Shown: positions 16,480-26,449 of the stretch, piece after piece
How the letters are laid out: every line of letters starts with the position of its first letter
Position numbering within the stretch: position 1 is the first letter of the stretch
From: Candidatus Zixiibacteriota bacterium
GTDB lineage: Bacteria; Chloroflexota; Limnocylindria; QHBO01
Length of the DNA stretch: 64,000 bases
Assembly: GCA_035687145.1 (NCBI GenBank)
Contig: DASRYM010000013.1
Span: 11,677-75,676, forward strand
Reading direction: 5' to 3'
The notes under the pieces: generated by a model
What the model saw: only the letters and a program-made list of their open reading frames with translations
Databases searched by the model: none
What the model was told of the DNA's origin: nothing
Translations under genes and position numbers: made by a program

Positions 16480-17301
16480 ATGACCGGAATCACCGGAGGC
16501 CTCGGGACCGAGGCGCACAGGACCACGGTTCTGGCGCAGATCGAGCTGGCGCACGGCCGGTCGCGCCGGCGCTTCAGCGCGACCTTCGTCGCCACCTGGA
16601 TCGCACTGGTCCTCCTGTTCGGCGGCGGCGCGTGGCTGGCGTCCGGTGCCGACATCAACTTCGTCTTCACCTCTGGTCCGGTGATCCTGAGCGGAGCGGG
16701 CATGACCATCCTGGTCTCCGCCCTGTCGATCACCTTCGCCACCGGACTGGCGCTGCTGGGCGCCATGGCCCGCCTCAGCACACACCCGATCCCGAACGGC
16801 GTCGGATCGTTCTACGTGTCCCTCTTTCGCGGGACGCCGCTGCTGCTGCAGATCATCTTCATGTACTACGCCCTGCCGTACGTGGGCATCAGGCTCCCCG
16901 CGCTCGCCGCCGGCGTGCTGGCGCTGTCCCTCAACTACGGCGCCTACATGACCGAGATCTTCCGGGCCGGCATCCAGGCCGTGCCACGGAGCCAGCGGGA
17001 GGCGGGGCGCGCGCTCGGGATGCCGGAACGGCTCGTCATGCGGCGCATCGTGATGCCGCAGGCGGTGCGGATCGTGATCCCCGCGGTGGGCAACGAGTTC
17101 ATCGCGATGATCAAGGACTCGTCGCTGGTGTCGGTCATCACCATCCACGAGACCCTGTTCCTCGCCCAGCGCATCGGGCGCAGCGCCTTCGAGCCGGTCG
17201 CTGCCCTGCTGGTGGCCGGCGCGGTGTACTGGACGCTGACGATCATCTTCAGCCTGTTCCAGGACCGCCTGGAGCGGCGCCTGGCCAGGAGCGACCGATG
17301 A
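16480..17301 (+). CDS. Amino acid ABC transporter permease
   Basis: 273 aa with multiple TM helices. An EAA-like loop reads [26 protein letters not shown]. The stop overlaps the ATPase start. Confidence 0.85.
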   Translation: MTGITGGLGTEAHRTTVLAQIELAHGRSRRRFSATFVATWIALVLLFGGGAWLASGADINFVFTSGPVILSGAGMTILVSALSITFATGLALLGAMARLSTHPIPNGVGSFYVSLFRGTPLLLQIIFMYYALPYVGIRLPALAAGVLALSLNYGAYMTEIFRAGIQAVPRSQREAGRALGMPERLVMRRIVMPQAVRIVIPAVGNEFIAMIKDSSLVSVITIHETLFLAQRIGRSAFEPVAALLVAGAVYWTLTIIFSLFQDRLERRLARSDR

Positions 17302-18176
17302 GCGTCGACGCAGCCAACCCCGAGCACACCCACGAGCAGGAGCACCGGCTCGGCCGACCAGCTCCGCCCGGCAGCGGGTATCCGGTCGGCAGCCCGATGC
17401 CCGACCACCTCGGCGATGTGATCGTCCGGACCACCGGCCTGGAGAAGTACTTCGGCACGAACCACGTCCTGCGCGGCGTCGACATGGAAGTGCGCCAGCG
17501 GGAGGCGGTGATGATCATCGGCCGTTCGGGGAGCGGGAAGACGACCTTCCTGCGATGCCTGAACTTCCTGGAGGAGCCCACCATCGGCTGGATCGAGATC
17601 GACGGCGTCCGGGTCGAGGCCGATCCGCTGCGCGCGCGCAGCCGCGCGCACCAGGAGCAGATCCGTCAGATCCGGCTGCGCGCCGGGATGGTGTTCCAGG
17701 ACTTCGCCCTCTTCCCGCACATGACGGCGCTCGAGAACTGCATCGAGGCGCCGGTCCGCGTGCGCGGTCTGCCCGAGGAACAGGCGGTGGCCCTGGCCGA
17801 GAAGTTCCTGGACAAGGTGGGGCTGCTGGAGAAGCGCGACGAGTACCCGTCGCGGCTGTCCGGCGGGCAGAAGCAGCGGGTGGCCATCGCCCGCGCGCTG
17901 TGCATGGAGCCCAAGGTGCTGCTCTTCGACGAGCCCACCTCGGCGCTCGACCCTGAGCTCATCGGCGAGGTGCTCAACGTCATGGAGGAGCTGGCCCACG
18001 AGGGCACGACCATGATCGTGGTCACCCACGAGATGCATTTCGCGCGCGAGGCGGCCGACCGCGTCGTCTTCATGGACCAGGGCGTCATCGCCGAGCAGGG
18101 ACCCCCGGAGCAGATCCTGGAGGCGCCGACCCAGGAGGCGACGAAGCGGTTCCTGCGCCGGTTCCTGCTCACCTAG
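17298..18176 (+). CDS. Amino acid ABC transporter ATP-binding protein
   Basis: 292 aa from ATG 17298. Walker [10 protein letters not shown], signature [15 protein letters not shown], Walker [13 protein letters not shown] ~45-aa N-terminal extension precedes the ATPase core. Confidence 0.9.
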   Translation: MSVDAANPEHTHEQEHRLGRPAPPGSGYPVGSPMPDHLGDVIVRTTGLEKYFGTNHVLRGVDMEVRQREAVMIIGRSGSGKTTFLRCLNFLEEPTIGWIEIDGVRVEADPLRARSRAHQEQIRQIRLRAGMVFQDFALFPHMTALENCIEAPVRVRGLPEEQAVALAEKFLDKVGLLEKRDEYPSRLSGGQKQRVAIARALCMEPKVLLFDEPTSALDPELIGEVLNVMEELAHEGTTMIVVTHEMHFAREAADRVVFMDQGVIAEQGPPEQILEAPTQEATKRFLRRFLLT

Positions 18177-18218
18177 CCCCGACGGGCGGCCTGCTCCTCC
18201 GGCCTCACGAGCCGGCGC

Positions 18219-18359
18219 CGTCGCAAATTCACATCAGGTGCACATTGAGCGGCGAGAGGGGCCGTTGAAGGGTCGTAACTCACGCCCGGTGCGCGGTACG
18301 CACCTCCAACGGCCGATCCGGGCACCCATTGGTCAGCAGGTGTGAACCACGACCATTCG
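18219..18359 (+). mobile_element. Family-A hairpin element (~141 bp, MITE-like), copy 2
   Basis: The left arm CGTCGCAAATTCACATCAGGTGCAC is inverted relative to the right arm CAGCAGGTGTGAACCACGACCATTCG. The interior is homologous to copy 13255..13396. It is intergenic, after the ABC ATPase gene. Confidence 0.6.
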
Positions 18360-18502
18360 ACTGTGCCGAGCCGGCCGACGGCCGACGCCCCCGAACGCAA
18401 CCAAACCGCACCCCGGTGCGTCTGAGCAGCAGGACGGGCACGGCGATTGCTGGTACCGACCCGCGCCGGGCGAATCCGCCCACACCATGGAGGGGAGAAC
18501 CA

Positions 18503-18691
18503 ATGGTCACTCGGGTATGCACCCACTGCGAGGCGGAGATCGAGGTCCCGGCGGAGGACCACGTCATGTGCCCCGTCTGCGGGCTGGACCCGGACCTGCC
18601 GCCGCTCAGCTTCCGATTCGAGGACGCCCCGGCCTTCTTCCTGGGTGGCGACCCGCGCCTGGCTCCCGCCGAGGTCCGCGTCCGCTACTAG
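18503..18691 (+). CDS. Small zinc-ribbon protein, hypothetical
   Basis: 62 aa. The ATG is preceded by GGAGGGGA. CTHCEAEIEVPAEDHVMCPVCG forms a CxxC...CxxC ribbon. Confidence 0.5.
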   Translation: MVTRVCTHCEAEIEVPAEDHVMCPVCGLDPDLPPLSFRFEDAPAFFLGGDPRLAPAEVRVRY

Positions 18692-18704
18692 GGTCCGCGT
18701 CCGC

Positions 18705-19208
18705 CTAGCTCTTGACCCCGTAGACCTGCGACCGCGGCAGCCGTGCCGCCTCGTCCGCCGGGCGCACCATGGCCTGCGCCGGCTTCAGCGCCACCGGCGT
18801 GTCCGATGGCCTGCCGCCCTCCCGCGCGATCAACCAGCGCAGCCCCTTCTCGGTGAGCGTCGCACCGCCCGCCGTGCCGGGCTCGATGAAGGGCAGCACC
18901 ACCATTCCCCGCCGCCCGAGCCGCTCCACGACCAGCTGGATGCGGTAGGGATTCACGCTCAGCTCCTCGGCCAGCGGCACGAGGTCCACGGTCCGGTTCG
19001 GATGCGCCCGCAGCAGCCGCAGGATGGCCAGGGTCAGCTGATCATCACTGATCGGCGCCTCGGTGGCGGGCGGAACGGTGGCGGTCGCCGCCGTCTGACG
19101 GCGGGACGGGGTGACGGTGCTTCCCGGGTCGCCGAGGCGATCGGTCCGGCGGCGCCGCACGGCGCGGGCAGCCCCGGAACGGGCACCGGAGGACTGTCGT
19201 TCGGTCAC
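18705..19208 (-). CDS. Winged-helix (MarR-like) DNA-binding protein, hypothetical
   Basis: 167 aa with a GTG start; TATCCT lies 7 nt upstream, immediately after the dnaE stop. The wHTH-like core is LTLAILRLLRAHPNRTVDLVPLAEELSVNPYRIQLVVERLGRRGMV. The N-terminus is basic and disordered. Confidence 0.55.
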   Translation of the reverse strand: MTERQSSGARSGAARAVRRRRTDRLGDPGSTVTPSRRQTAATATVPPATEAPISDDQLTLAILRLLRAHPNRTVDLVPLAEELSVNPYRIQLVVERLGRRGMVVLPFIEPGTAGGATLTEKGLRWLIAREGGRPSDTPVALKPAQAMVRPADEAARLPRSQVYGVKS

Positions 19209-19227
19209 GAGCGCGAGGATACCAGCG

Positions 19228-22200
19228 TCACTCGGGCGAGACCTGCCGCAGCTCCACCGCCACCGGCAGCCCGGCCGCCCGGCGGACCTGCTCGGCCAGC
19301 CGCTCGTCCCACTCGGCGCGGTCGGGCAGGCGCACCTGGCGCGTGGCGCCGGCCACCGGGATGTTGATCACCACCGGCACGTCGCCGGGGCGGTTGCGGA
19401 TGGCCTGCGTGATCGACTCGATGGCCGGCAGCAGGCGGTCCACCGCGACCGACTCGTCGAAGCCGATGGAGATGACCCCCGCGACCGGCGGCGAGACTTT
19501 CAGGGGGACCGCGTTGGCCGGCGGCGGCGCCTCGTCGGCCTCCGACTCCGACTCCGACTCCGCCACCGCCACGCCCGCCCGGACGGGAGAGACGACCGGC
19601 ACCTGGGCCACGGCCGCCCCGCCACCGCCACCGTTCCCGTTGCGGTAGCCGTTGCCCGCCGGCCGGCCGCGGGCGCGGAGCAATCGGTCGCGCTCGGCTG
19701 AGAAGGCCGCCGGCCCCATGCGCACGGCATCGTCCCAGGCGCGCACCGCCTCGCACAGGATCTGGGCCGAGTCGTCGCGGTGGTCGACCCTGCCGGTGAC
19801 GAGGACGACGGAGTCATCGGTCCAGGCGTTGGCAGTCTCGGCGAAGACCTTGGGGAAGACCACCACCTCCACGGCGCCGGTGAGGTCCTCCAGGGTGGCC
19901 ACCAGCATGGTCGACCCGGCGCGGGTGATGACCCGGCGCGAGGACTGGATGATGCCGCCCACCGTGACCTTGGCCTGGTCCGACTCCTCGGCCAGGTCGC
20001 CCACGTAGGCGGTCACGTACTCCGGCAGCTGGGCCTCGATGTCGCTCAGCGGGTGCTCGGACAGGTACAGCCCCAGCAGCTCCTTCTCCCAGCGCAGGCG
20101 CTCGCGGCGCGGCGGCTCGTGGTCGTCCGGCGGCGCGCCGTTCACCTCCGGCCCGGGACCGATGGGCGCCAGCGAGGCCGATGGCGCCGGCTCCACCGGC
20201 ATGGCGAACAAATCGAACAGGGTCCCCTGCCCCGCCGCCACGTCGCGCTGGTGACGCTGCCCCGCCTCGAGGGCCAGGTCCAGGCGCGCCAGCAGCGCCC
20301 CGGGCGTGCCCAGCGAGGCGAGGGCGCCGGCCTTGATCAGCGACTCGACCACGCGCTTGTTCACCGTCCGCAGGTCCACGCGGCGGCAGAAGTCGTCCAG
20401 CGAGGTGAACGGACCGGCGACGTCCGAGACCTCCGACCGCCCCTCGCGGGCGGCCACGATGGCCTCGATGGCTCCCTCGCCCACGTTCTTGATCGCCGCC
20501 AGGCCGAAGCGGATGGCGGAGGTGCCGTCGGCATCGGTCTCCACGCTGAACAGCGCGCCGGAGCGCTGCACGTCCGGCGGCCGCACCTCGATCCCCAGGC
20601 GCCGGCACTCGGCGACCACCACGGCCACCTTCTCGGCCCGCTCCCGGAAGCCGTTCAGCACGGCCGTCATGAACTCCACCGGGTAGTTGGCCTTGAGGTA
20701 GGCGGTCTGGTAGGCGATCAGCCCGTAGCAGGTGGCGTGGGCCTTGTTGAACCCGTAGCGGGCGAACGGCTCGAAGGCGGCGAAGACCTGGTCCACCACC
20801 GAGGGCGGGATCCCCTTCTTCTTGGCCCCCGCCTTGAACTTCGCCTCGTGCTCGCGCAGGACCGATTCCTTCTTCTTGCGGATCGCGTAGCACAGGTTGT
20901 CCGCCTCGGGGCCGGTGTAGTCGGCCATGGCGATGGCGGCCGTCATGATGTCTTCCTGGTAGACGAAGATGCCGTAGGTGTCCCTGAGGGCCGGCTCCAG
21001 CGACGGGTGCAGGTACGTGACCGGCTCCTCGCCGTGCTTGCGGCGGATGTAGGCCGGGATGTTGGCCATCGGTCCCGGGCGGAAGAGGGCGACCATGGCC
21101 GCCAGGTCGCGGACCTCGGTGGGCTTCAGCTCCTTGACGTAGCGGCGCATCCCCGAGCCCTCCAGCTGGAAGACGCCGGTCGTCTCGCCGGTCGAGAGCA
21201 GCTCGAAGGTCTTCCGGTCGTCGAGGGGGATGGCGTCGACGTCGATCTCCACGCCGCGGTGGCGGCGGATCAGCTCCACGGCATCGGCCAGGATGCTGAG
21301 GTTGATCAGGCCCAGGAAGTCGAACTTCAGCAGGCCCAGCGCCTCGCAGGCGTGCATCTCGTACTGGGTCATGGTGGTCCGGCCGTCGGTGGCCCGCTGG
21401 AGCGGCATGATCTCGGTCAGCGGCTCGCGGCTGATGACGATGCCCGCCGCGTGGGTCGACGCGTGGCGCGCCACGCCCTCCAGCTGCTTGGCGATCCCGA
21501 TCAGCTTCTCCACCCGCTCGTCGGAGGCCATCAGCTCGCGGAGCTGCGGCGAGGTCTCCACGGCACGGTCGAGGGAGATGTTCAGCTCGTTGGGCACCGC
21601 CTTGGCCACCCGGTCCGCCTCGGCGTAGGTGAGGCCCATGGCGCGCCCCACGTCGCGGATGGCGGCCTTGGCGCCCAGCGTCCCGAAGGTGATGATCTGC
21701 GCCACCCGGTCGTCGCCGTACTTGCGGGTGACGTACTCGATCACCTCGTCGCGTCGCGAGTCCTGGAAGTCGATGTCGATGTCCGGCATCGTCACCCGGT
21801 CCGGGTTGAGGAAGCGCTCGAAGGGCAGCCCGTACTCCAGCGGGTCGACCGGCGTGATGCCCAGCGAGTAGGTCACGATGCTGCCCGGCGCGCTGCCGCG
21901 GCAGGTGGTCATGATCCCCTGCTGCCTGGCGAAGCGGGTGAAGTCGGCCACGATCAGGAAGTAGGCCGAGTATCCCATCCGGTCGATGATCCCCAGCTCG
22001 TAGTCCAGCCGGTGGCGGATCTCGTCGGTGATGACCGGGTAGCGCTCGCGGAGGCCCCTCTCGCACTCCCTGCGCAGCCACGAGCCGGGCGTCTCGCCCT
22101 CCGGCACCGGGAAGTGCGGCAGCCGCAGCTGGTCGAACTCCAGCCTGAGGTCCACCATCTCGGCCACGCGCAGGGTGTTGTCCATGGCGTCCGGCAGCTC

Positions 22201-23001
22201 GCCGTTGAAGAGGGCACGCATCTGCTGCGGCGGCTTCAGGTAGAACTCGTTGGTCTCGAAGCGCAGGCGCCCCGGCGTGTCCAGGTTGGACCCGGTGCCG
22301 ATGCACAGCAGCAGGTCGTGCGCCTCGTGCTGCTCGGGCACGGTGTAGTGCGTGTCGTTGGTGGCCAGCAGCGGGATGTTCATGTCCCGCGCCAGCTCCA
22401 CCAGCTGCGGGTGCAGGCGCGCCTGCTCCGGCAGGCCGTGGTCCTGCACCTCGATGAAGAAGTTCTCCGCGCCCAGGATGGACCGATAGTCGTCCGCCGC
22501 CTGGCGGGCTCCGCGCTCGTCCCCCTGCGCCAGCCTGCGCAGCACCTCACCGCCCAGGCAGGCCGATGTCCCGATGAGGCCCTCGGCATGCCGGCTGAGC
22601 AGCTCCTTGTCGATGCGCGGCTTGTAGTAGTAGCCGTCCAGGTGGGCCGCCGTGGTCAGCTTGAGGAGGTTGCGATACCCGACCTCGTTCCTCGCCAGCA
22701 GAAGCAGGTGGTGGTAGTCCGCGTCGGCCTTGCCCTCCTTGTCGCGCATGCCGCGCGGGGCGACGTACTGCTCGATGCCGATGATCGGCTTGATGCCGGC
22801 CGCCTCCGCCGCGCGGTAGAACTCGATGGCCCCGTACATCGCGCCGTGGTCGGTCACGGCCAGGGCCTTCATCCCCAGCTCGGCGGCGCGCTGCGTCAGC
22901 TCGCGGGTGCGGGAGAGGCCGTCGAGGAGGGAGAACTCGGAGTGGACGTGGAGGTGGACGAAGTCGCCGTTCCGGCTCGGCCCGGGGGAACGCTGGGTCA
23001 C
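19228..23001 (-). CDS. dnaE: DNA polymerase III alpha subunit
   Basis: 1257 aa. The PHP domain starts [15 protein letters not shown], followed by polymerase core and OB-fold regions and a long C-terminal extension containing ESESESE. The start overlaps the upstream gene's stop by 4 nt. Confidence 0.95.
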   Translation of the reverse strand: MTQRSPGPSRNGDFVHLHVHSEFSLLDGLSRTRELTQRAAELGMKALAVTDHGAMYGAIEFYRAAEAAGIKPIIGIEQYVAPRGMRDKEGKADADYHHLLLLARNEVGYRNLLKLTTAAHLDGYYYKPRIDKELLSRHAEGLIGTSACLGGEVLRRLAQGDERGARQAADDYRSILGAENFFIEVQDHGLPEQARLHPQLVELARDMNIPLLATNDTHYTVPEQHEAHDLLLCIGTGSNLDTPGRLRFETNEFYLKPPQQMRALFNGELPDAMDNTLRVAEMVDLRLEFDQLRLPHFPVPEGETPGSWLRRECERGLRERYPVITDEIRHRLDYELGIIDRMGYSAYFLIVADFTRFARQQGIMTTCRGSAPGSIVTYSLGITPVDPLEYGLPFERFLNPDRVTMPDIDIDFQDSRRDEVIEYVTRKYGDDRVAQIITFGTLGAKAAIRDVGRAMGLTYAEADRVAKAVPNELNISLDRAVETSPQLRELMASDERVEKLIGIAKQLEGVARHASTHAAGIVISREPLTEIMPLQRATDGRTTMTQYEMHACEALGLLKFDFLGLINLSILADAVELIRRHRGVEIDVDAIPLDDRKTFELLSTGETTGVFQLEGSGMRRYVKELKPTEVRDLAAMVALFRPGPMANIPAYIRRKHGEEPVTYLHPSLEPALRDTYGIFVYQEDIMTAAIAMADYTGPEADNLCYAIRKKKESVLREHEAKFKAGAKKKGIPPSVVDQVFAAFEPFARYGFNKAHATCYGLIAYQTAYLKANYPVEFMTAVLNGFRERAEKVAVVVAECRRLGIEVRPPDVQRSGALFSVETDADGTSAIRFGLAAIKNVGEGAIEAIVAAREGRSEVSDVAGPFTSLDDFCRRVDLRTVNKRVVESLIKAGALASLGTPGALLARLDLALEAGQRHQRDVAAGQGTLFDLFAMPVEPAPSASLAPIGPGPEVNGAPPDDHEPPRRERLRWEKELLGLYLSEHPLSDIEAQLPEYVTAYVGDLAEESDQAKVTVGGIIQSSRRVITRAGSTMLVATLEDLTGAVEVVVFPKVFAETANAWTDDSVVLVTGRVDHRDDSAQILCEAVRAWDDAVRMGPAAFSAERDRLLRARGRPAGNGYRNGNGGGGGAAVAQVPVVSPVRAGVAVAESESESEADEAPPPANAVPLKVSPPVAGVISIGFDESVAVDRLLPAIESITQAIRNRPGDVPVVINIPVAGATRQVRLPDRAEWDERLAEQVRRAAGLPVAVELRQVSPE

Positions 23002-23642
23002 CCCGCCATGGTGCCAGATGCGCTATCGGCCAGGATGGGTTGGTAGACGACGAGGACGTTGCCCGATCCCTCGAAGGTCCGCGAGGAGAGCAGCCTGAGC
23101 GACACCGGCGGCCGCCCGGTGAAAAGCGGGACGCCCTCACCGCCGATGACCGGGAAGATGGTGATGTGCAGCTCGTCCACCATGCCGTGGAGGAGGAGCT
23201 CGTTCCACAGCCGCCGGCTCATCAGGACGACGATGTCCCGGCCGGGCATCGCCTTGAGCGCAGTGATCTCGGTGAGCAGCTCCGGCCCGCGAACGATCCG
23301 CGTGGTGCGGTCCCACGGCGCCAGGTCATCGGGCTGGAGGGTATTCGAGACGACGACCTTCTCGATGCTGGCGATCAGGTCGGCGAACTCGCGGCGCACA
23401 TCGGTCGCGTTCGGGTCCGAGGGCACACCCGTCCAGTACTCCTTGTTGCCCAAAAACGACGTGCGTCCGCTCAGGATCAGGGTGTCCGCACCGCGCAGCA
23501 GGTCCCGGTTGTAGACGTCGAACGCCTCGTTGCGCCCGTACTCGGGCAGGAAGTAGTCGAAGAACCGATGGAACGTCTTGTCCTTCGACTCGTAGTAGCC
23601 GTCGAGCGTCTGGAAGTTGCTGACCAGCAGCCTGCGCGTCAT
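22998..23642 (-). CDS. Dihydrofolate reductase-family protein (RibD C-terminal domain type)
   Basis: 214 aa from ATG 23642 within ORF 22998..24197. The N-terminus is [13 protein letters not shown] and the C-terminus is [13 protein letters not shown]...LVVYQP. It has 4-nt overlaps with both neighbouring genes. Confidence 0.8.
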   Translation of the reverse strand: MTRRLLVSNFQTLDGYYESKDKTFHRFFDYFLPEYGRNEAFDVYNRDLLRGADTLILSGRTSFLGNKEYWTGVPSDPNATDVRREFADLIASIEKVVVSNTLQPDDLAPWDRTTRIVRGPELLTEITALKAMPGRDIVVLMSRRLWNELLLHGMVDELHITIFPVIGGEGVPLFTGRPPVSLRLLSSRTFEGSGNVLVVYQPILADSASGTMAG

Positions 23643-24223
23643 GCGTTCCTCCGTGGCGCCTCGGCCTGGAACTCGCCGTACCAGTAGCCGCGCACCACGT
23701 CGTGGGTCGCGATCAGGCGGTACCCGGCCTCGGTCATCTCTCGTTGCACCTTCCGCGGGTGCGTGGCGTGCGGTGCCAGGAACCGGGCGAGCAGCCCTTC
23801 CCGGCGGGATTCCAGGATCACCACCCGGCCTCCCGGCTTCAGGCGGGAGCGCGCCTCGGCGAAATAGCGCGGCGGCTCCGGCAGGTGGTGGTAGGTGGCG
23901 GACACGAACACCAGGTCGGCCGGCTGCGGGATCGCGAGCCGATGGCGGCTGACGGCCACCGGCCGCAGGGTCGTGATCCCGCGCGCCGCCGCCTCGGCCT
24001 CCAGCTCCTCGAGCGTGCGCCGGCTGATGTCCAGGGCGTAGACGACCCCGTCCGGCTCGACCGCGCGGGCCATGCGCAGCGTGAAGTGGCCCGCGCCGGG
24101 ACCCAGGTCGGCGACCACCATGCCGGGACGCAGGTTCAAAACCGCCACCACGGCATCGGGATCGCGCAGGCGATCCGAGCGCACCCCGGCGGCGCACAGC
24201 CAGCGGCGGGCGCGATTCAGCAT
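23639..24223 (-). CDS. Class I SAM-dependent methyltransferase
   Basis: 194 aa. Motif I is [13 protein letters not shown], with a post-I acidic residue (YALDIS) and LKPGGRVVI. Confidence 0.8.
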   Translation of the reverse strand: MLNRARRWLCAAGVRSDRLRDPDAVVAVLNLRPGMVVADLGPGAGHFTLRMARAVEPDGVVYALDISRRTLEELEAEAAARGITTLRPVAVSRHRLAIPQPADLVFVSATYHHLPEPPRYFAEARSRLKPGGRVVILESRREGLLARFLAPHATHPRKVQREMTEAGYRLIATHDVVRGYWYGEFQAEAPRRNA

Positions 24224-24239
24224 CGGCTCTGGATGCGCA

Positions 24240-24680
24240 TCAGTCGCGAATGCCGTCTCGGGCCTCGACGGCCATCATGGTCGCGGTCAGGAGCGCGATC
24301 AGCTTCTCCTCGCCGCCGGACACGGCGAACACCTCCGACTGGGCGACGGTCAGCGTCCGGCCCGCCTTGACGACGCGGCCGCGAGCGATGATCCGGTCCC
24401 CGCTCGCCGGCGCCAGGAGGTTGATCTTGAACTCGGTGCTGAGGACGCCGGCATCGGGCGGCATGAGGCTCAGCGCCGCGTAGCCGGCGGCCGAGTCGGC
24501 GATGGCCGCCACCGCTCCCGCATGGACGAAGCCGTGCTGCTGCGAGATCGCCGGGCTCGGACGAAGTGAGATCTCGACGGCGCCGACGGAGACTGACTCC
24601 AACGTGGCGCCCAGCGTGGCCATGAGGCCCTGCCGCGCGAAGCTGGACCGGATGCGCTCCTCGACGTCAGTCACGGCCAC
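24240..24680 (-). CDS. PaaI-family hotdog-fold thioesterase
   Basis: About 146 aa from GTG 24680, chosen to avoid overlap with the upstream stop at 24689. It has HGFVHAGAVAAIADSAAGYAA and GRVVKAGRTLTVAQSEVF. Confidence 0.75.
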   Translation of the reverse strand: MAVTDVEERIRSSFARQGLMATLGATLESVSVGAVEISLRPSPAISQQHGFVHAGAVAAIADSAAGYAALSLMPPDAGVLSTEFKINLLAPASGDRIIARGRVVKAGRTLTVAQSEVFAVSGGEEKLIALLTATMMAVEARDGIRD

Positions 24681-24688
24681 CGGCAGCG

Positions 24689-25357
24689 TCAGCCCTGGGT
24701 CGCCGGGTTCGCCGGTGGGGCGCCATCCGGCCAGGCAGCGATGCACACCTTGTTGCCGGCTCGATCGGCCAAGATCCAGGACGCCGGCGCCTCAGACTGG
24801 TCCACGATCCGGCCACCGGCGGCGACCGCGGCCGCCAGGCGCTGCTCGGCCACCTCGCGCGCCACCGAGACGTCCACGTGCATGGCGTGGCGCAGCGGCT
24901 TCTCCGGGTTGAGCTCCTGCATCCAGACCGTGGATCCCTGGCCGAGCGGGTCGATAGCGTTGTCCTCCTGCATCGGCGCGTAGCCCAGGACCGCGCGCCA
25001 GAAGGGCAGGTCGATCTCGTCCGGCCTGGCCGCCACCGCCAGCTGGACCTCCTGGACGGCGGCCCGGTCGGGGGTGGCGCCGCGCTCGCGCGCGACGGCG
25101 GAGATGGCCCGCGCGACCTCGACATGGCGCGCCTCGGTGGCCCACAGCTCGCGGGTCAGCTTCACGACGAGGCGGTCGCGGCCCACGGTCATGATCGTCC
25201 GCTCCTCCAGGCCCGGGACGGTGGCCACCGCCGCGGCCAGCTCCGCGGCCTGCCGGAGCGACCCGACCTTGAACACCGCGGTCGGGCCGCCGTGGAGGAC
25301 CACCCAGTCTTCGACTCCCTGGGCGCTGAGGAAATCGCGCCAACCCTGCTCGCTCAT
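24689..25357 (-). CDS. Two-domain protein: pterin-4a-carbinolamine dehydratase-like N-terminus + VOC/glyoxalase-like C-terminus
   Basis: 222 aa. TATCGT lies 6 nt upstream of the ATG. It is a paralog of 32831..33517, sharing LPFWRAVLGY / MPFWQAALGY and a C-terminal ...ILADRAGN / ...TLADAAGN. Confidence 0.7.
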   Translation of the reverse strand: MSEQGWRDFLSAQGVEDWVVLHGGPTAVFKVGSLRQAAELAAAVATVPGLEERTIMTVGRDRLVVKLTRELWATEARHVEVARAISAVARERGATPDRAAVQEVQLAVAARPDEIDLPFWRAVLGYAPMQEDNAIDPLGQGSTVWMQELNPEKPLRHAMHVDVSVAREVAEQRLAAAVAAGGRIVDQSEAPASWILADRAGNKVCIAAWPDGAPPANPATQG

Positions 25358-25533
25358 GCGGCCACGATAGCCGCTCGGTGCGTTTCAGCGCTGGTCAATC
25401 GGGCTGGCGAGTGGCCCAGAACCTTCACAAGCCTGTGCCGCGACCGGCGGGCGACGGACGGGCGGCTCCACGCCTTCGTCCTGGGGACGTCCGCCGAGGC
25501 CCTGGCATGCATCATGAGGGCGTGGCTCAGCTG

Positions 25534-26064
25534 ATGGAGATGCGAAACGTGATGAGATGGGGCCGATGGGTCCTCCTCACCGCGGCGCTGCTGGCGGTCC
25601 CGGCCCTGGCCATGGCCCTGAACGTGGGCGACGTCGAGTGGGGAGCCCTGGACTTCGCCGTGGCCGGGGTGCTGCTGCTGGCCGCCGGCCTGCTCTTCGA
25701 GTACGCCGCCTCGCGTTCGATGAGCATCGTACAGCGGCTCGCGATCGCGATCGCCGTCCTGGCCGCCCTGGGCCTGATGTGGATCAACCTGGCGGTCGGG
25801 ATGATGGAGGTCGAGGCCGGCAACGCGATGTACCTGCTCGTGGTGCTGGTCGGCCTGGTCGGCACGGCGATCGGCCGCTTCGAGCCGCGCGAAGCCTCGA
25901 TGGTCCTGTTCGCCACGGCCGCGACCCAGGTCGTGGTGGCGGTGGTCGGGCTGGCTACCGGCCTGGGCCCGACGCTCCCGGCGGACGTGGCCTTCGTGCT
26001 GGCGTGGGGCGCGTCGGGCCTGCTGTTCCGGCAGGCGAGCCTGGAGACGGCGCCGGAGGCCTGA
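25534..26064 (+). CDS. Integral membrane protein, hypothetical
   Basis: About 176 aa with 5-6 hydrophobic helices. The start is uncertain (ATG 25507, 25534, 25540 or 25552). Confidence 0.55.
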   Translation: MEMRNVMRWGRWVLLTAALLAVPALAMALNVGDVEWGALDFAVAGVLLLAAGLLFEYAASRSMSIVQRLAIAIAVLAALGLMWINLAVGMMEVEAGNAMYLLVVLVGLVGTAIGRFEPREASMVLFATAATQVVVAVVGLATGLGPTLPADVAFVLAWGASGLLFRQASLETAPEA

Positions 26065-26446
26065 TGCCCAGCGCCGCCAGATCGGCCGCCGCGCGGACGT
26101 AGCGCGCCAGCACGGCGGCTGGGATCGGCTCGCCCGGCCGAAACGTGACGAAGCGCACCCTCTTCAGGTCGAGGTGCGCGCCCTCCAGGATGCCGTCCGG
26201 GTCGGGCATCCAGAACCCGACTGCAAACCCAAGATGGGCGTGCTCGCGCTCCGGCCACACACAGGCGAAGTAGCGCGTGCGGCGCCCGACGGGAACGTCG
26301 TAACCGATCAGCCGCCACCCCGGGCGCACCCGCTCGATCGCGTCCGGCACCGCCTCGCGCACGATCTCGCGCAGTCGCTCGGCGATGGCCTGGATCTCCG
26401 GTGGGTAGTCGGCGAGCAGGATCTCCGGCGGGATGGGGTCGGCCAT
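25955..26446 (-). CDS. DUF1801 (YdhG-like) domain protein
   Basis: 163 aa with AIAERLREIVREAVPDAIERVRPGW...YFACVWPEREHAHLGF. The start is 4 nt after the upstream stop. A low-complexity Pro/Ala tail overlaps the convergent gene by 110 nt. Confidence 0.7.
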   Translation of the reverse strand: MADPIPPEILLADYPPEIQAIAERLREIVREAVPDAIERVRPGWRLIGYDVPVGRRTRYFACVWPEREHAHLGFAVGFWMPDPDGILEGAHLDLKRVRFVTFRPGEPIPAAVLARYVRAAADLAALGIRPPAPSPGSPAGTAGPTRPTPARRPRPPGASGPGR

Positions 26447-26449
26447 CAG

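Noticed and set aside
19541-19566. GACTCC hexanucleotide run
   Set aside because: It lies within dnaE and encodes the ESESESE linker in frame. It is a coding microsatellite, not a regulatory or CRISPR-like repeat.
19780-23046. 1088-aa ORF on the plus strand opposite dnaE
   Set aside because: It is an antisense shadow ORF typical of very GC-rich DNA. The product is Arg/Gly/Ala/Val/His-rich with no motifs, whereas the minus-strand frame encodes an unmistakable DnaE. The same reasoning applies to 56120..59239 (opposite pcrA), 53900..55888 (opposite ligA), 38917..41367 (opposite the M3 peptidase), 45380..46891, 46795..48150, 50586..51764, 59410..61023, 26174..27775, 30990..32312, 14248..15774, 15290..16480 and 35137..36326.
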